Shown here in pieces: positions 14,506-29,500 of a stretch of 64,000 nucleotides of DNA. A program made the position numbers and the translations under genes. The DNA comes from Antedon mediterranea (lineage: Eukaryota; Animalia; Echinodermata): assembly GCF_964355755.1 (NCBI RefSeq), contig NC_092678.1, forward strand, positions 21,593,365 through 21,657,364, given 5' to 3'. The notes below the pieces were generated by a model that had not been told where the DNA came from, ran no database searches, and saw nothing but the letters and a program-made list of their open reading frames with translations. Each line of letters opens with the position of its first letter. Within the stretch, counting starts at the first letter, position 1.

Positions 14506-17500
14506 ATGGCAGGCCTCTGGTCTGGTTATGTTGACAAAATAAAATCTTTTTTCGGCTTCATTTGGACTTATCTGTGGGTAATTTGGTTCGTGCTTGTTTT
14601 CTTCCTAATCTACGTGCTCCGAACACCTCTCAAAATAAGCGAAAATATGAACATTGGTGAGTATAATGCATTAGTTATCTTCAGATGAAGTTGAAAAATA
14701 TTTTTTTACCTCGGCCAAGAACTATTAAAGCAGCCGCCTCCTGCTGCTGATGGGGTGCCGTTGGAAGTGTCAGTCTCCTCCTCTCCAAGACGAATAATAG
14801 GCCAGACGTAGGTCTACGTGAACGCACTGTCAAAGTGTAAACATAAGCATAGCCTACCACATCATATTTTAGTTATTAACTATTGTCGTTTATATTATTA
14901 ATTGCTAGCCTTTTAGGCCTAGCTAGGCCCTAGTTGTTTACTATCATATTTATTATTATTAATTCATGTTATTTTTATTTAACCTTGAAACATTGCATTA
15001 TTATTTTTCAAGTCAATTCAAGTAATTTCTAACAATATCAAATCAACCCTTCAAACAAGCACTCATTTGTGTTCAATGAATAAACAGTAAAATGTTTTTC
15101 AACTTGAAGAATACGCATCATCAATTCAATACGTTTTATCACGAATAGCGCGAGCGATGCATGATGGGAGGGAATTGGGAGCAACAGCGTATAATCAAAA
15201 CTGGTGGTGGCGCTATTGCTCCCAATTCTCTCCCATCATGCATCGCTCACGCTATTTGCGATAAACTTTATTGTGATTGGTACATGACAATTGCTGTAAA
15301 AAAAATCACAAAATATTTTACTGACAATAAAAAGACCAAAAAGGACAAGCCGGTTCTGTACAAGCAAATGATTGTAAATCTGGCAAAAAAAAGCTTTTAG
15401 ATAAAATCTTGTGAAATCATACACTAATTCCATCAACAATTTAACTAGTCTACTCATCCATCCTACTCATGCATCCATGATATTATCATCCCATCAACCA
15501 GATAACCTCCATTCATACTCTTCACCTAGCCGTCCGTTGACTCCTCAGCTGTCTGTTGACTTCTCGGCTGTCTGTTGACTCCTTAGCTGTCCGAAAATTA
15601 ATTAGACAAAAAACATTCCATCCAATAGGATATATTTTGTGTAGTTTTTTTTTGGGAATACTGTATTTTAAAAAAATGTACAAAAATTAAAATTTCTATG
15701 AAATAAAACCACCCAGGTTTTTGTATGCAATTTCATAGTAGTTTGTAAAATCATTGAATTATTTAACATACTATACTAATTAACTACCCAATTTGGAATA
15801 ATCATTACATAATAATTTCAACAATGCATTAGAAAAAATATGTGTTACTATTTACTAAAATAAACTTCAGAATGATAAATTTTAAAGGGAGCCCTCTATT
15901 GTTATAATATTAATTGCTATTGTGTGTGTAATGAGGGTGAAAAGTTCATAGTAGACACATGTACTAAAGATTATAGTCATTACGGTGTATAATCATCATA
16001 ATGTAATTCTACGCAACCAGTGTTGATTTACTGGTAAGCATTTTAAACAGATTTATTTAATATAAAATTCAGTATAAATTGAAAGTTATATTAGCAATGC
16101 GTTTTTAGTAAGAATCAACGTACAGTATAGATCAAACATGACATATTGACATTTATAGTTTTTCAATATAGTTTATTAATATTAGTTTATGTAACTGTTA
16201 ATTAACAACATTTGGACTTGCTTGATTACTGTTAAAGCATTGGTTCTAGTGGCAGATAGCTACAGTATATAGTGTGCTCCAGTCCAACCAAAAATAATAA
16301 GCCACTGGGAAAAAAATGAGCCACTTTTTAACTTTAAGTATTTGAAAAATATGTACTGTATGATTTTAGCTTCATTTTGATATTGATTTTAAAATTTATT
16401 TTAATGTTTTAATTCATTGCTTTACTGTGTAACCTTGTGTACAGTATAATTTGCAAGGCCTTATAGAATAAATGCTGAAGCAAGCTATCATGATAAAGAA
16501 AGTTATAATAATATTACTGTACTGTGATAACTGCTAAAGTCAACATAATGTTCTGTAGAGCCGACAGTACATTATAATTTATAGTTTTTATAACATGCTC
16601 AGATTGTTGTTGTAACAAGCCTAGTACCTACAGTGATTATTATTGCACAGTCTTTGTACATTCAGACTGAGACGCTATCGTTAAATAAGCATAATTCAGA
16701 CCTTGATTTAAAAGGAGCGCCATGGCGCTGACGCTCCTTGGCGCTCCTGAAAACGATCAAAGGAGCGCCTAAAATAGCGCTCCCCAACCTGTTACAGTGC
16801 GTCATAAAAATATATAAGAATATTAACCCCGAATACAACACACAGTCTATATATAGTCGCGCAAACGATCTTTGTTATGGCTACCCCCGATAGGCTAGGC
16901 GCGCCTACGATCTTTGATGTTGCGAGAAAAATATCGTAAACAATTCATTCTAAATATAGTATCAGAACGTTTAATCGGTCGCTCAAAAAGACTGCCGACA
17001 GAAGACCGTAATTATACAGACCTAGTTTTTTTGGTCACATGGCATGAAACGCGATACTTTCTGCTTTTAACCGCAACATCTCACATGTTTTTTTTTTTTA
17101 ACTCAGTACGAGAGGGTGGCTGGCCGACGATAAACAGTAATTAAGATCGTGTACCTGGATTTTGTGTCACATGACATGAAACATAATACTCTCTGATCTG
17201 ATCTTAACTGCTCACATGTTTTCCCCTCCAAATTCTGGTCGGGCCTTTTCTTAAGCCTTAATTAATATGGAATATATATTTATTTTGCATATATTTTGTT
17301 GGTGTCCTAGCCTAGGCTAGGTGTGATTGTTTTTATAATTCGCTAACCCAAGGTAGGATTAAATAATTTATAGTGTAGGCCGCCGAAACTAGACTAGGCC
17401 TAGATAGCCTCGACTCTCTCTCTGCGTGAGCTGAGGTCCACGGACCCGATGTCGTCTCGTCGGCGGATTTCCAAATTAGGATAACCTATGCGTAGGCCTA

Positions 17501-20500
17501 GCTAGGGTGGCTACAAAAATTGTCAACTATCTTTAGATAGGATTTTAATTAGCAAACAATACATTGTTTGTTTGCATTGTCCATGCTTCTAAAGGCGATG
17601 ACAATACAATGGTGTTTACTAACCCTACGAACCACCCTACGATCGACGCGTATTTAGATAATTATCATAACAATACATCGTAGACTAAGTTCAGAGAACA
17701 ATGACCTACGATGAATTTTACGTGCGAGAGTACCATTTCCGGCCATCTAGAGGTGTCATTTATCAAAATTCGGCTCGCCGCAGGCCCAACCATGGTGGGC
17801 CTGTGCCTCGGATACTTAATCAAAATAATGGCTCTCCTCAACATATTGAGGAGAGCCATTAGGAGCTCTCCTCTTATATTTATAAATCAAGGTCTGATAA
17901 TTATTGGTTTGAAAGAAAGGCTAGTCTCCTTTTCATCCTCTCGTTGGGTAACAACATTCAGACGATCGCAATCATAGTCTTTAGTAGTCTTTAGACATAA
18001 TTGAATAGCTTTGTTACTATTATTCAGGCTCCATCTACCGTTCTATAGAGGATGTATAAGAACATGTGACTTGTAGTATGTCAGTTGATTGGTTGTCATT
18101 GTTTGACACGTTCCAGCTGTGTCTCTAACTGTTTGATTATAACGATCTCCGTTTAAAGCATCATGTCCAGTACAGGTAGTAGGTATTTGTTATCAAATCC
18201 AAATTTGTTATTAGGATCATTTTTTAATTATTATTATGTATTACGTTTACCATGTTTGCTATTTATTATCTGATTTTAAAGTATTTTATTTACTACATTA
18301 CTGTACAGATTAGTTTTAATTTTTATTCATATATTTTAGATTTTTTTGCTTTTTACTACTGTATAAAATATACTTTAAGTTCCCAAGGTATTTATTTAAA
18401 TAAGATCTTTTTCTTATAAAGTGTAAAACTGTACAGTATTTTTGGCATATTTAAATTGTTATATTGGTAATAATTGATATTATCATGTGTTACTATAGGG
18501 ACATGTCAAAATAATTTACAGTACTGCAGGTACTGCAGTAGAATCATTTTGACCTGGTAATTTTTAATTTGAATATTAGGATGTAAATTATCATTACTTT
18601 TAAATGATACATACAGTACAGTATCATTATTTTGCATATGTTAGATTTATAGTAGACTAATTTTTTTTGTAAAATATCAAATATCAGCAATAAATATTAA
18701 ATAATTTATTTTTATCTACATTGTTTATTTAGAGAGGAAATACAGGATCTAAACTAATTAGTTCAGTTTAAAGTCTAAAGTAATTATAATTAATATAGCC
18801 ATAATAATAATAATAATAATGAATAATAATAATATTAATAATAACAACTTTATTTAAAAACGGATGCAACACTTGAATCACCAGATTGTTGTTTTTCACA
18901 AGGCCGTTACTTACTATAAAATAATTTACACAAGTTATCATTTACAGTACATATGAATATGATTAAAAAAACTATACAAAAAAAACCCCCAAAAAACAAA
19001 AACAAAAAATATAAAATGATATACTGTAGCTGGATGAAAATATGGATATTTATTAAATAGTTCATCCATTAAGCTTCCTTGTCAGTGAACCACTGTCGTC
19101 TGCATTATCATGCACGATTACTTCCTAACTGCATACACTGAATTTTGTTAATATTTAACTACTACAGTAATATTGTATAAAATATGTCTGCAAATTATTT
19201 TCTCTGACAGCAAAATTACAAGGTTACTCAAGTTCAACAGCACATGATTTTAATAATTCACAAACCTCATTTTACTTTTCGTTTTATTTACAGTATCGTT
19301 AGATTTTGATTCAAATTATATGAGTTTTATTATTAACAAAGAAATCAAATACGCGAATGTTCCCACATAAAAATGGAATGTTCTAAAGACGACCTTGTCT
19401 TGTTTTTGCATGAAATGTGAACATGTACAATCTAATGATATTGTCTGCAAGAAATCACAAATCAAAAAGATTTTTTAAAAATTGCCGGAATAGAAATATT
19501 ATGGTAAAGTTATTTTTATTGCACAATTTATTGTTTATATCATACTGTACCACTTATGCATTCTTTTATAATACTGTCTTTTGTAAAAAAAAAAGTATAT
19601 TAGATTTAGAACACGTTTATTGATTATTTTGTAATGGTTATATTTATACTCAAATTATCAATTTTATTTTAGAATTATTTTTTTTTATCAGTACTGTAGA
19701 GTAAAAATAACTGCTTGATTTTAGATAGGTGTGTCTTACTGTATTAATTATGGTCTAGCATTGTCTGCAATATTCTTCAAAATGTCCTTAATTGATATTC
19801 ATTAAAGAAATATAATATATATAAATATTATCTATAGTAGACAATACATTCTACAGTATACAGTAGTAAAACACTATTTTTTTATTTTAACCTATTTTAA
19901 TTTTGGTGAAAAAAGTATTTCTTTTCTGCATAATTTAATGAACTGATGCATTTAAATTGTTTCTATCAGGATCTTTTTTTTTTATATTCTAGAAGATTCT
20001 TTCGGTATACAGTACAGTTAATAAGAATTTGTGTGTACATGAGAGGTGTGGGTGTGGAATACAGTAGGCAGTTATAATGGCAGTGTCTCAAAATAACTAA
20101 TATCATTTTTGGTGTGGTGTGGTATTGCATTTTCACCCATCCAAGTTTTTTGTTTTTTAAATGTTATTGTTTGTACAATTTTGACATATTTAGTGCTATG
20201 TACTACTGTACAGTGTTGTATAGAACTGTAAAGTGGAAAGAGGATGTAAACTTGAATAGGGAGAGGAGTGGTTAAAGTTAATTGTTAAAACATAAAAACT
20301 TTTAGATTTGGTTTGTAATCATGTCCACCGTTTCTTTTGTTTTACACTACTCTGTATTACAGTTTAATAATACAACATTTAATGAATCTGGACATAGATG
20401 CTATGTATAGGTAATTGGAGAAAGTGGGTGGACATGAGTTTACTGTATGGTCAAGTTATCGGTTTAATGGTATTCACATATCAACTGTTGAAAATCATGT

Positions 20501-23500
20501 GTTAAAACTGCATGTAATATGAATTTGTATTCATAATGTGTCGGATTTTAATTTATTAATCTATTTCGTGCCTGCTGTAGCTTACTGGGATAAACCTAGA
20601 TGTTTAACAGCTACAGTATATTATGATGCAAAAGATAAAACATCCCTTTCAGTAATGAACTAACCACGCCCTCACATGGGCCTGGCTTAAAGTACCACCA
20701 TAATCATTTCTTTTCGTAAGAAAGTTTATTTTTCAGATTTATGTGCAATGTTATTTTCTATTTTAATATTTCATTGTACATTCTTTTTTCTTCTGTACAA
20801 ACAGTTTTAATTTGCATTAACTTTATCCATAACTTGCATATTTTTCAGCCTGGTTTTTTTGTATTAATTTATTTCATTTTTTTTTATTCTGCAGTGGCAA
20901 TGTTTCTGAATACGTTGACTCCCAAGTTTTATGTCGCCTTAACTGGAACGTCGTCTTTGATATCAGGTCTTATATTGGTGAGTATCTTGAAGGACCAGAT
21001 GTAAAACACAAAATGTCCTTCAGTCCTCTTACTGTGTAAGCTTGCCATACAGTAAAATAAAGAAATAAATCTGTAATATCCTGGAATCCTCTAAAGCGTG
21101 GTTCCCACTAGCGACGCAACGCAAGGACGTAATGCAACGTAATATTCGCTTGTGATTGCTAACTGTCTATAACTTCGCTTGTCATTGGTTAAAACACTTG
21201 CGTTGCAATTACGTCCTTGCGTTACGTTTTAGTGGGAACCAAGCTTAAGCGCTGTACAGTATATTTTAAAAAAATAAAAGATGTACTGTCGTAAATTGAC
21301 TGCGCCCCTATATGATTGCAAGTTTTGATTACCGAGGAATCAAATATTAACTATTAAAAGCTGTCTAAAAAAAGAAAACTTGAGAGAAGTTCTCTTCTTA
21401 TATAATTTTGTTTAATTCATAAAATTATCACTGCTGATTAACATCCGTCGCTTGTTAACTTTACTGTGAATAATTATGAAGTGAATATATGGTGATTATG
21501 CATTGCCAATTTTCCATTTTTATAAAATGATAACGTGTTGTTAATTACAGTAGGTTAGTATGTAAAACTAATGTACTGCAGTAGCTGCAGTAGACATGGT
21601 CCCTAATTTTTAAAGCAAGTTTTTTTAACGAACTTGAGCTATTATATTACTATACAGTACAGTAGTGTTTTTTTTATTAAAACATTTCATTAATTTGTTC
21701 ATTTTTCTACAATACAAGTAGTTTAGCATATTCTTCCATAAATTGTTTCATTAGTATTATTTGACCTGACATTTAATATACATTACTAAGTTAAACTTGC
21801 TAGCAGTCAATTTGACATGATCTGTAATTCTGTGTCATCGTTCAGCTCCTCATATCTCAAGAAGGCATCTACAGCATAGATGATCAGGTATAATTATTAT
21901 GTTTTATCAAAGGCCGTCGTATCACTCAGGAGACTTTGATGTTTTTTGATTTGACGTCAGAATGGGTTTATATAGTATTATAAAGCATTCACATTGTTGA
22001 TTAATAGTAAAGAATTCACATTGTTTACCTGTATATGAAATGTCCACTACTATTATAAACAGTTAATTATAACACTACTTAAAGCTCTGAATACAATATC
22101 ATTATCAAACTAGTTAAATTACAAAAAAAGTGTGATATGCCCAAATATGATAGTGATATGCCCAAATAAGGTAGTGATATGCCCAAATAAGGTAGTGATA
22201 TGACACCATCACATAAAGTTTGATAGTGTAGACAGAGGGAAAAACGAATATGATATAATGGGTTAACATCCAAACAAACAGTACAGTATGCACCTTTTTA
22301 TCTTTGAAAACAGGCAATTCCTTAAATCCATTGATGCTTGACTCGTACGTAGTGTATTATTATTTCCTCTGAAGATCATCTTAAAAATTAAATTTGTTGT
22401 TTGTGAATCAAAAATACCATTAAGTATAAAAATCACATCATTGCAAACTCCTATTGTCTTCCTTGTTTAATCTAACCATAGTGAAGCTTAGTGAAGTTAG
22501 ACATTACAAACGGACAATTACAATTAAAATTTATTGCCAATTACAACACACTGCAGTAGTCCGATTGTATTGTGATTCCTACTGTAACTGTACTTCACAC
22601 AATCATACATCTGTCTTTACGCATAAATTATTAGATGTACCGTACCAATTAATATCACTTTGACTGCAAATAAAGTGCTGTGTGTTTTGTAAACTAAAGC
22701 TCTGTCTACACTATCAAACTTTATGTTACAAAATGTGATGTGCCCATATATGGACATGATGACGATGATCTCTACCATATTTAGGCATACTGTATCACTA
22801 CCATATTTGGGTACAGTACATCACTCTTTTTGTCAGTAGATAGTATAGACAGAGCTTAAGTATTCATACAGTTACTCCAGCAACTTTTAAAGCTACTTCC
22901 ACCGCACATTAAAACTTTTGAACAAAAATCAGTACTGCAGTAACTTTCTATATTTTTGACATGATCCTTCAAAACAGAGGAAATTCGCGGTTGAATGATT
23001 TGACGACGATTTGAAATCATATTCAGTGCATGTATGCATTTAAGTATTTGAATTAAACTACAACATAAAATATTTTCTACTTAATGTTGATACAGTATTT
23101 TGGCGACAAGAATATCAAAATAGTGCAGTTGGGTTTGAGCAACATGTACAGTAAAAGTTGCTTGTTGCTACCTCACCCCTATTTTCCCATTTATGGAAAC
23201 AGTACAGTTTATTTCGTTTAAAAAAATAATTATATATTTTAGAGAAAAATAATACATGGATCTCTCTAAATTGTTTTTTCTGACTTTGTTAACAATTATT
23301 CTGGAAGCTTTGCCATTCAAAGTTTAAGTTTACTCTACTGTAAGTAAGTTGTCCATTTTGTACAGTACATCCCATCTGAAGGACGAGGCAATGAGAAAGC
23401 ATCGGTACAGTACATCACATCACATAATTATTTACTTTTCCAAAACTGCACCTACAGTACTGTACTGCAGTACACATTAGTAGTACCTGTATATTCCTTT

Positions 23501-26500
23501 GCGTCCACTGTTATATGTTTTTACAACAATTAATTATTTAATGTTACATTAATGTTGAAATTATAAATGGCCATTAATGTGTACATTAATGCATAATGCT
23601 AGCATTTTACATACATTAATGTTAGCATTAATTCCATAGAAAGATACTAAATGTACTTCCAAATCCTGATAGCTTTTCATGTTCTTTTCATGTCCTTTAA
23701 ATATTATAATTTTGATAAAAAGTCGACCGATTAAAAAAGGCCACATGAAGAAAACTCATTTATTTACATTGACAACTGACATAGTAGTATGTAATATGTA
23801 TGATGTTTGTTCAATGTTTTATCAAGCTTTATAATGTTCATTTGTTTTGCGTCATTCTATCATCTCTCATGCAGACCTTATTTGTTTTACTTTTTTAAAC
23901 TATACTATTCTATCCTAAGGGTCACGTCATGTCAGTGCAGGCAATTTAGCCAATCTCTCATCGGTCTACAGCAGTGGCCGCTCTGAGTGACCTACTGTAT
24001 TAAACTGGGATAAGCCTTTCCTACTCATCAAAGGATGCGTCTATTTCGAGCCTAGCTTACATGGATAAACCGACACTAGCCCATGCTCTCCAGATGGAGA
24101 GCTTAGATAGAAAAAAGATCATAGAATACTCCTGAACCATAATGGACCACGCCCTCATGTGGTAACGGTCCAATGTGATATTTTGTATTCAGTTGGATAG
24201 AAGTTCCTAGTAAAATGAAGTGAGTGAATGAATAAAATGAGAAAATTAAGTTTATCTGTATTACCGTACCCTTGCCTACATGTATATTACGGTTCAGCTA
24301 GTTCAAGGTTTTAAATTTTAAATAATCTTTTTTTTTATAGATCTTTGAATGGTGGTACTTTCGAAAATATGGAACCTCGTTTATAGAACAAGTGTCATTG
24401 AACCATCTGTCTCCGTGGCTAGGAGGGGGTGAAAACACTAACAGTAACAATTCTGGACAGAACACTGCTCCAGGTAAGTTTCTATCATCTGTTATTGACT
24501 ATCAGTGACACAATGTACAGTAGGAGGGAGTAAGAAAACTAAATAAAAGATTCTAGAGGACACTTGGGATTAGATTATTTCCTACAGATCTTCTGTTTTC
24601 TAACTATCGCCGCCATGGCCAAGTCAATATTGGCTCCTTCATACTGTACATGCAATATTTATTGACATCCGAAACATTAATTGTATATTTAAATACCTTT
24701 TCGTATACAGTAACAGACTTGTGAGTTCACATAGTGACATAGTTTCTGACAATAATTAATGTACAGTAAATGTTATTTTTTCCTTATAATACTTTACTGT
24801 AGGTTGTTTTGACATAATGCCATTCAAAATCTTACATAAGCCCCAAGACATCTGTAATTCAAATTATATGTTCAGTTTTTTTTTTTTAATCTCGCATCCA
24901 TAAATTTGGAAACGTCTGTTGAAAATGTTGCGTTAGCTGACAAAAATTTGGGTGGAAAAATAGAGGATGTAGTTGAAGGAAAGATGTGTTGACAAGAGTG
25001 GAGACAAGTAGACAGCCATGAAATCTTTAGTAGAATTCCTCATTTGGGACATCTGTATTTTAAAGGGGACATCCCTGTTAAGGAGACACACATTCCAATA
25101 TGTTGGGCCTAACTGTATTCAGAGGAAACTTCTATTAAAAGACACTTTCCAATGAAATGAACAAGAGCAATGGACAACCTGTATTCTGAAAAAATGTATT
25201 TAATCTTCAAAGTATTTAATTTCACTTTAATAGTTATGAATTATTGTATCTAAATTTACCTTGTTGTGTTCTCTACGAATTTGCCTACTGAATTTTAAGT
25301 AGTAATTTAATAATTTCGTAGTTCATTGTGTTAAATGCGGCAATGGTTATGTAATATTAATGGTAGCCAAATTGTATGACTTTACACCTGTACTAAACTA
25401 TGATAAGGTACCGGGTCAAAATGATTCTACTCCAGTACTGTAAATCTACATTTTGTTTTTTAACTTGTTTATTCAAATCATACACATTGTTTATTGTGGT
25501 GACTGTCTTATAAACTTTTACATTCAAGCATGTTTATTGCAGTAGTTACTCCAGTAACTGCAGTATAATAATTTTGACATGATCCTATAACAATATGTAT
25601 TTTTAATACTACGGACATATTGTCAAATGTCATAAAACAACAATTTGAATAATAATTCTATATTTAATATTGTTTGTATAGAATGCAAGACGTGGCGGAA
25701 TCCGCTGAATCTGTTTCGTGGGTCCGAGTATAATCGCTACGTTTGGGTAACCGGTAAAGATCCGTTAACGTACTACGATATGAACCAGTCGGCCCAAGAC
25801 CACCAGACGCTGTTTACTTGTGAAGTTGATAACACAAAACCAGCGGAAGAAAGTAAGAAAAATGTTTCTAGCTCTAGTTGACCCATGACCTAGAGGATCG
25901 TAGGGGCGTAACAGATAAGATACAGTGCACCAATTCCTTCTTCTCATCATGATAATGATACATAGGCATTTAAGCTGTATCTCCTAGTGGTGCCTATCTC
26001 CAATCCGGGCTGGCGGGGATTTGCTATATGGCCTCTATGAATGGATGACTACTGTAGTTGGGAGATAGAACGTAAGTAGACCAATCCCAGTACTGATCAT
26101 TCGGGAATGATGATAATATTAATATTTAATACTTTCTATGACTTGTTTTTCTTCTTTGTCATCAGTAATGTTGAGAGCATGGAGAGAGAGAAATCCACAG
26201 AACCGAATAAAAGCTGCCAAAGAAGCTTTGGAGATTGCTCCAGAGTAAGTAATTATTCTAATCATTATCGGGATCTAAATACAGACAGATAATAGCAAGA
26301 TTGTAGACGACAAAGACAATAATTTAACAGATCATGGCTTAGGGGCGGATCTACCATTATAAATTAGAGGGGGAGGGTCTAAATATTTCATAAATAATAA
26401 AAACGATAAAAATAGTCATTATTTTATTTTAAAAGTTAAGTTTTAGGGGGTGGGGGGGGGGAGCTAAAGCCTGTTTAGCCCGCCAAAATCTGTGCCTGTG

Positions 26501-29500
26501 ACGGTCGTGGATCATGGACGGAATCCACTTTCTAGTGATCACACTTTTAAAAAGTACAATATTTTTTAATAAAGATAAAACAAACAAACAAACAAACAAA
26601 CAAATAGCCGTATGTTGTATCGTATTAAAAGAAGTTCATAGTTCAGTATTAGTCATGACGAACTTTGACATTAATACGTTACAACATACACCTACACACC
26701 ACGTTATCGCATTTGTACTTGCTAAATTTAGCTAGCATTTATGTTAAAAGGCTGGCGGCTGGCAGTCAATATGCAAAGTAGAATTAATGTGAACATTAGC
26801 CATGTAATACTAATACATTCACTCAATGGATAAACTTGATATGGTAACATGACCAATTAACATCTGTCTGTGATGAAATGCGCTTGAAATGACCAAAAAT
26901 GGGATTATTTTCACGCATTAAATGTTCGTCATTATGCTAAAACATATTTTGATAGTATAACACTGTGCGAATGTTAAAATTCCTTAAGAATTATGTAAAA
27001 ATTATTCTACTGTTTACTACTATTCTACATTTTTACAGCAATAACTGATATTTTTTTTTTTCAATTGAGGTAGAAGTTTATGAGGCAGTAGCTGCTATAA
27101 TCAGAGTGTATGATAACCAAAAAATTTATAAATAATTGTATCATGAGTAAACAAAATGTAATTATGCAGTAACTGCAGTAAAATAATATATAGCATATTG
27201 ATATTTATTTTATTTCTTTTTAAGCACAACACAATAAAGTAAAATTGTAACATTGTAAAACTAAGAAATGAAACAGAGACAACCACAAAACAACTCCAAA
27301 TGTCATGTAAATTAAAGATGGAAAATGTATCTTTAAAAGTGTAAACAAAATTACAAATATAAATAAAATATTTTTAGATGGTACAGAAATGAAAATAATA
27401 TACTGTACATAAAGGAGTATGTGAGTAGAATACAGTCCAAAGATTGATTAGTTAATATCAAAATATTCCTACTGCTTTGTTCAAAGTCTTCTCTCAACAT
27501 TATCAAATGTGTTTAATAATGTTTTGTTACAAAATAAACAGATATTAAAATCATCAGCAGGAAGAAAATTATACACAAACCTCTAAAATCAATAAATAAT
27601 TCTCGAAAAAAACAAGATTCAATTTCAGAATCGATTTTCTTGCATAAGTGAAGACCACAGTGATTGATTAAAGTAATAAATCTAAAACTGCCGTAACATT
27701 TGTAGATTAGATTAATATGAAATGTTATCTTTTCTTTTAATCGATAACTTTACGTAAAGGTCAGATTTAATACATGCATTGTGCCGATGAAAAACAAATC
27801 CATGCTCTCTCAGATAACTTTCTTAATTGAGGCAGTGTAGGGAAGGTAGTTGGCCTGTTTTTAGCCTTTTTTAAACAGTGTGTAGCATTGAAATCCAATG
27901 GCTGTTTTTACCATTTACAGTCACTTGGTTTAACAGAAATGCCCTAATTGGTTTAAATACTCCTATCTACGTGAATTCCACTTAAGAAAAATATTTGGCT
28001 TAAGTGAAATACTTGGTATTTAAGGGAAATATCTCCCTTAGGTGTAATTTTCAAATTTGGAGAATGGTACAATTACAGTGCAAGAATTGACTCCCTTACT
28101 TAAAAGAATACTATTTTAGAATTACTCTGTTAATACCACTCAAGTGGAATTGACTTTAGTGAAATACTTAGTATTTAAAGGAAATATCTCGCGTGTAATT
28201 ATCAAATTGGACCACTGGTACAATTACAGTAAAAGAATCGAATCCATACTTATAGTAGACTAAAGAGTTATTATACTATTTTATGTAAATTTATTTAAGG
28301 GAAATGCTTCATATTTAAGAGAAATACCTCACTACAATCTTGATAAAGAAGATACATGTTTACATTAAATTATATATTCAAATTCACCCTTTTCAACCAG
28401 GACTAATAAGAAAATTAAAAATGATGCCAAATAAATCTGGATGATCATTTATCGTTAAGATTATTCTTCTTAAAGTTTAACAAATGTTTCATTAATAATT
28501 AATAATAAACTTAACATTTAAAATGTTTGTTTCCAAGTAACAAAACCAATATGCATCTATTATTAATGAAAACACTGTTTTTAACATCAGACTGATTAAT
28601 TATTTCATGTACGTTAAGACTTAACATGCAATATTGCCGATAGCAGACTTGATATGATTAAACGATGCATCAAAAGATTAATTTTGTAGCAAATTTTAAA
28701 ATACAATATATCTCATTATGTTGAGTGGTTAGTAAGTGATAAGAGTTTCTGAGAAATATACATAGCATTAGCAGGTAGTTATTAGATTTTATCATAGGAA
28801 ATGTAGACAGTTGTTAAATATTAAAGATTTTTTTTTTTATCTCGAAGGCTTTTGTACTTCCTTCAATACAATAGGAAGGAAAAAATGCAACAAAAATAAC
28901 ATATATTTCAATGAACATTTTTATAATTATGATAATCCGAGGAAAAAAGGCACTCCTCCCTCTATCCGTGAACAGTAAAATTGAAAGGTTTTGGGTATAC
29001 TAATATTGTTATTTCTTTATACTGGGTAGCCTCTTCAGTCAAAGATAACCCAGTTATGATCAGTGGCTGTGCGTGGCAGTGGCTGTGTGTGTGTACTAGT
29101 ACACCGGGATAATACCCTACTCATCTCGAAAGATGTAATACATTCTTTAAAGTGCACATGAGCTATTGTACAACTGGATCTACGGTTTATAGTCCTTATC
29201 TGAAAATACTCGTTTTACCACCAGAACCATGGAGCAAGTGAGCATTGAACCCCTGCCGATGTTATGGCTACGTAATTACAGTTGCACTGTCTTAACCACT
29301 CGGCCACTCACTAGCCATTTTTTTTGGTTCATGTCCATGGGCCAAGATATTAGAACCCCTCTCCTTCAGAACTATTAAGGGAACACATTCAGGGAACACC
29401 CAAATTAAAGGAACTCTTTGATGGGTCATAAAAGTTCTGTTCTTCTTCTTACTGTTCCTCAGTTTAGAAGATTTTTTTTGTTTCAGGTAAGTCCAAAGAA

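Noticed and set aside
29230-29316. tRNA gene
   Set aside because: A and B boxes are present but the sequence continues into a SINE body and I could not fold a proper cloverleaf.
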